Shown in pieces: positions 63,897 to 64,000 of a DNA stretch of 64,000 nt (position 1 is its first letter; each line of letters starts with the position of its first letter). Below the pieces are notes generated by a model. The model was not told the DNA's origin. It was given only the letters and a program-made list of their open reading frames with translations, and ran no database searches. Source of the stretch: Mizuhopecten yessoensis. Its lineage: Eukaryota. The translations under genes and the position numbers were made by a program. Where the stretch lies: positions 727,751-791,750 of the forward strand of contig NW_018408852.1 in the NCBI RefSeq assembly GCF_002113885.1. Reading direction: 5' to 3'.

Positions 63897-64000
63897 CTAT
63901 TACATACTACACCCCACGGAAGATGATATAGTGGTCAAGTGTGTCATTGGGTCTACGACCTTACAGGAGGATAGAGGATGCAGAAGAACTGGACAGGGTG

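Overview
AT-rich eukaryotic (animal) genomic DNA, not prokaryotic. The repeat types suggest a lophotrochozoan, probably a bivalve mollusc (inference). The only confidently recognisable host gene is a twist bHLH transcription factor with an uninterrupted CDS (18183-18857, +), a TATA promoter and a probable 3'-UTR intron, lying in an apparent gene desert. The rest comprises four satellite/minisatellite arrays (29, 44, 19 and 34 bp units), decayed retroelements (CR1-type LINE 3' end, Penelope-like RT fragments, a Penelope GIY-YIG endonuclease fragment with an inverted pseudo-LTR, hammerhead-like motifs, a tRNA-derived SINE, L2-type tails) and several fold-back/MITE-like elements. The most unusual observation is a 160-190 bp palindromic element present four times. 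Two copies carry an identical 60-bp stem-loop/AATAAA tail but have the central spacer in opposite orientations (flip/flop isomers), and the two arms of a copy co-vary. Almost all other ORFs in the supplied track look spurious. All calls were made by eye, without alignment or database searches.
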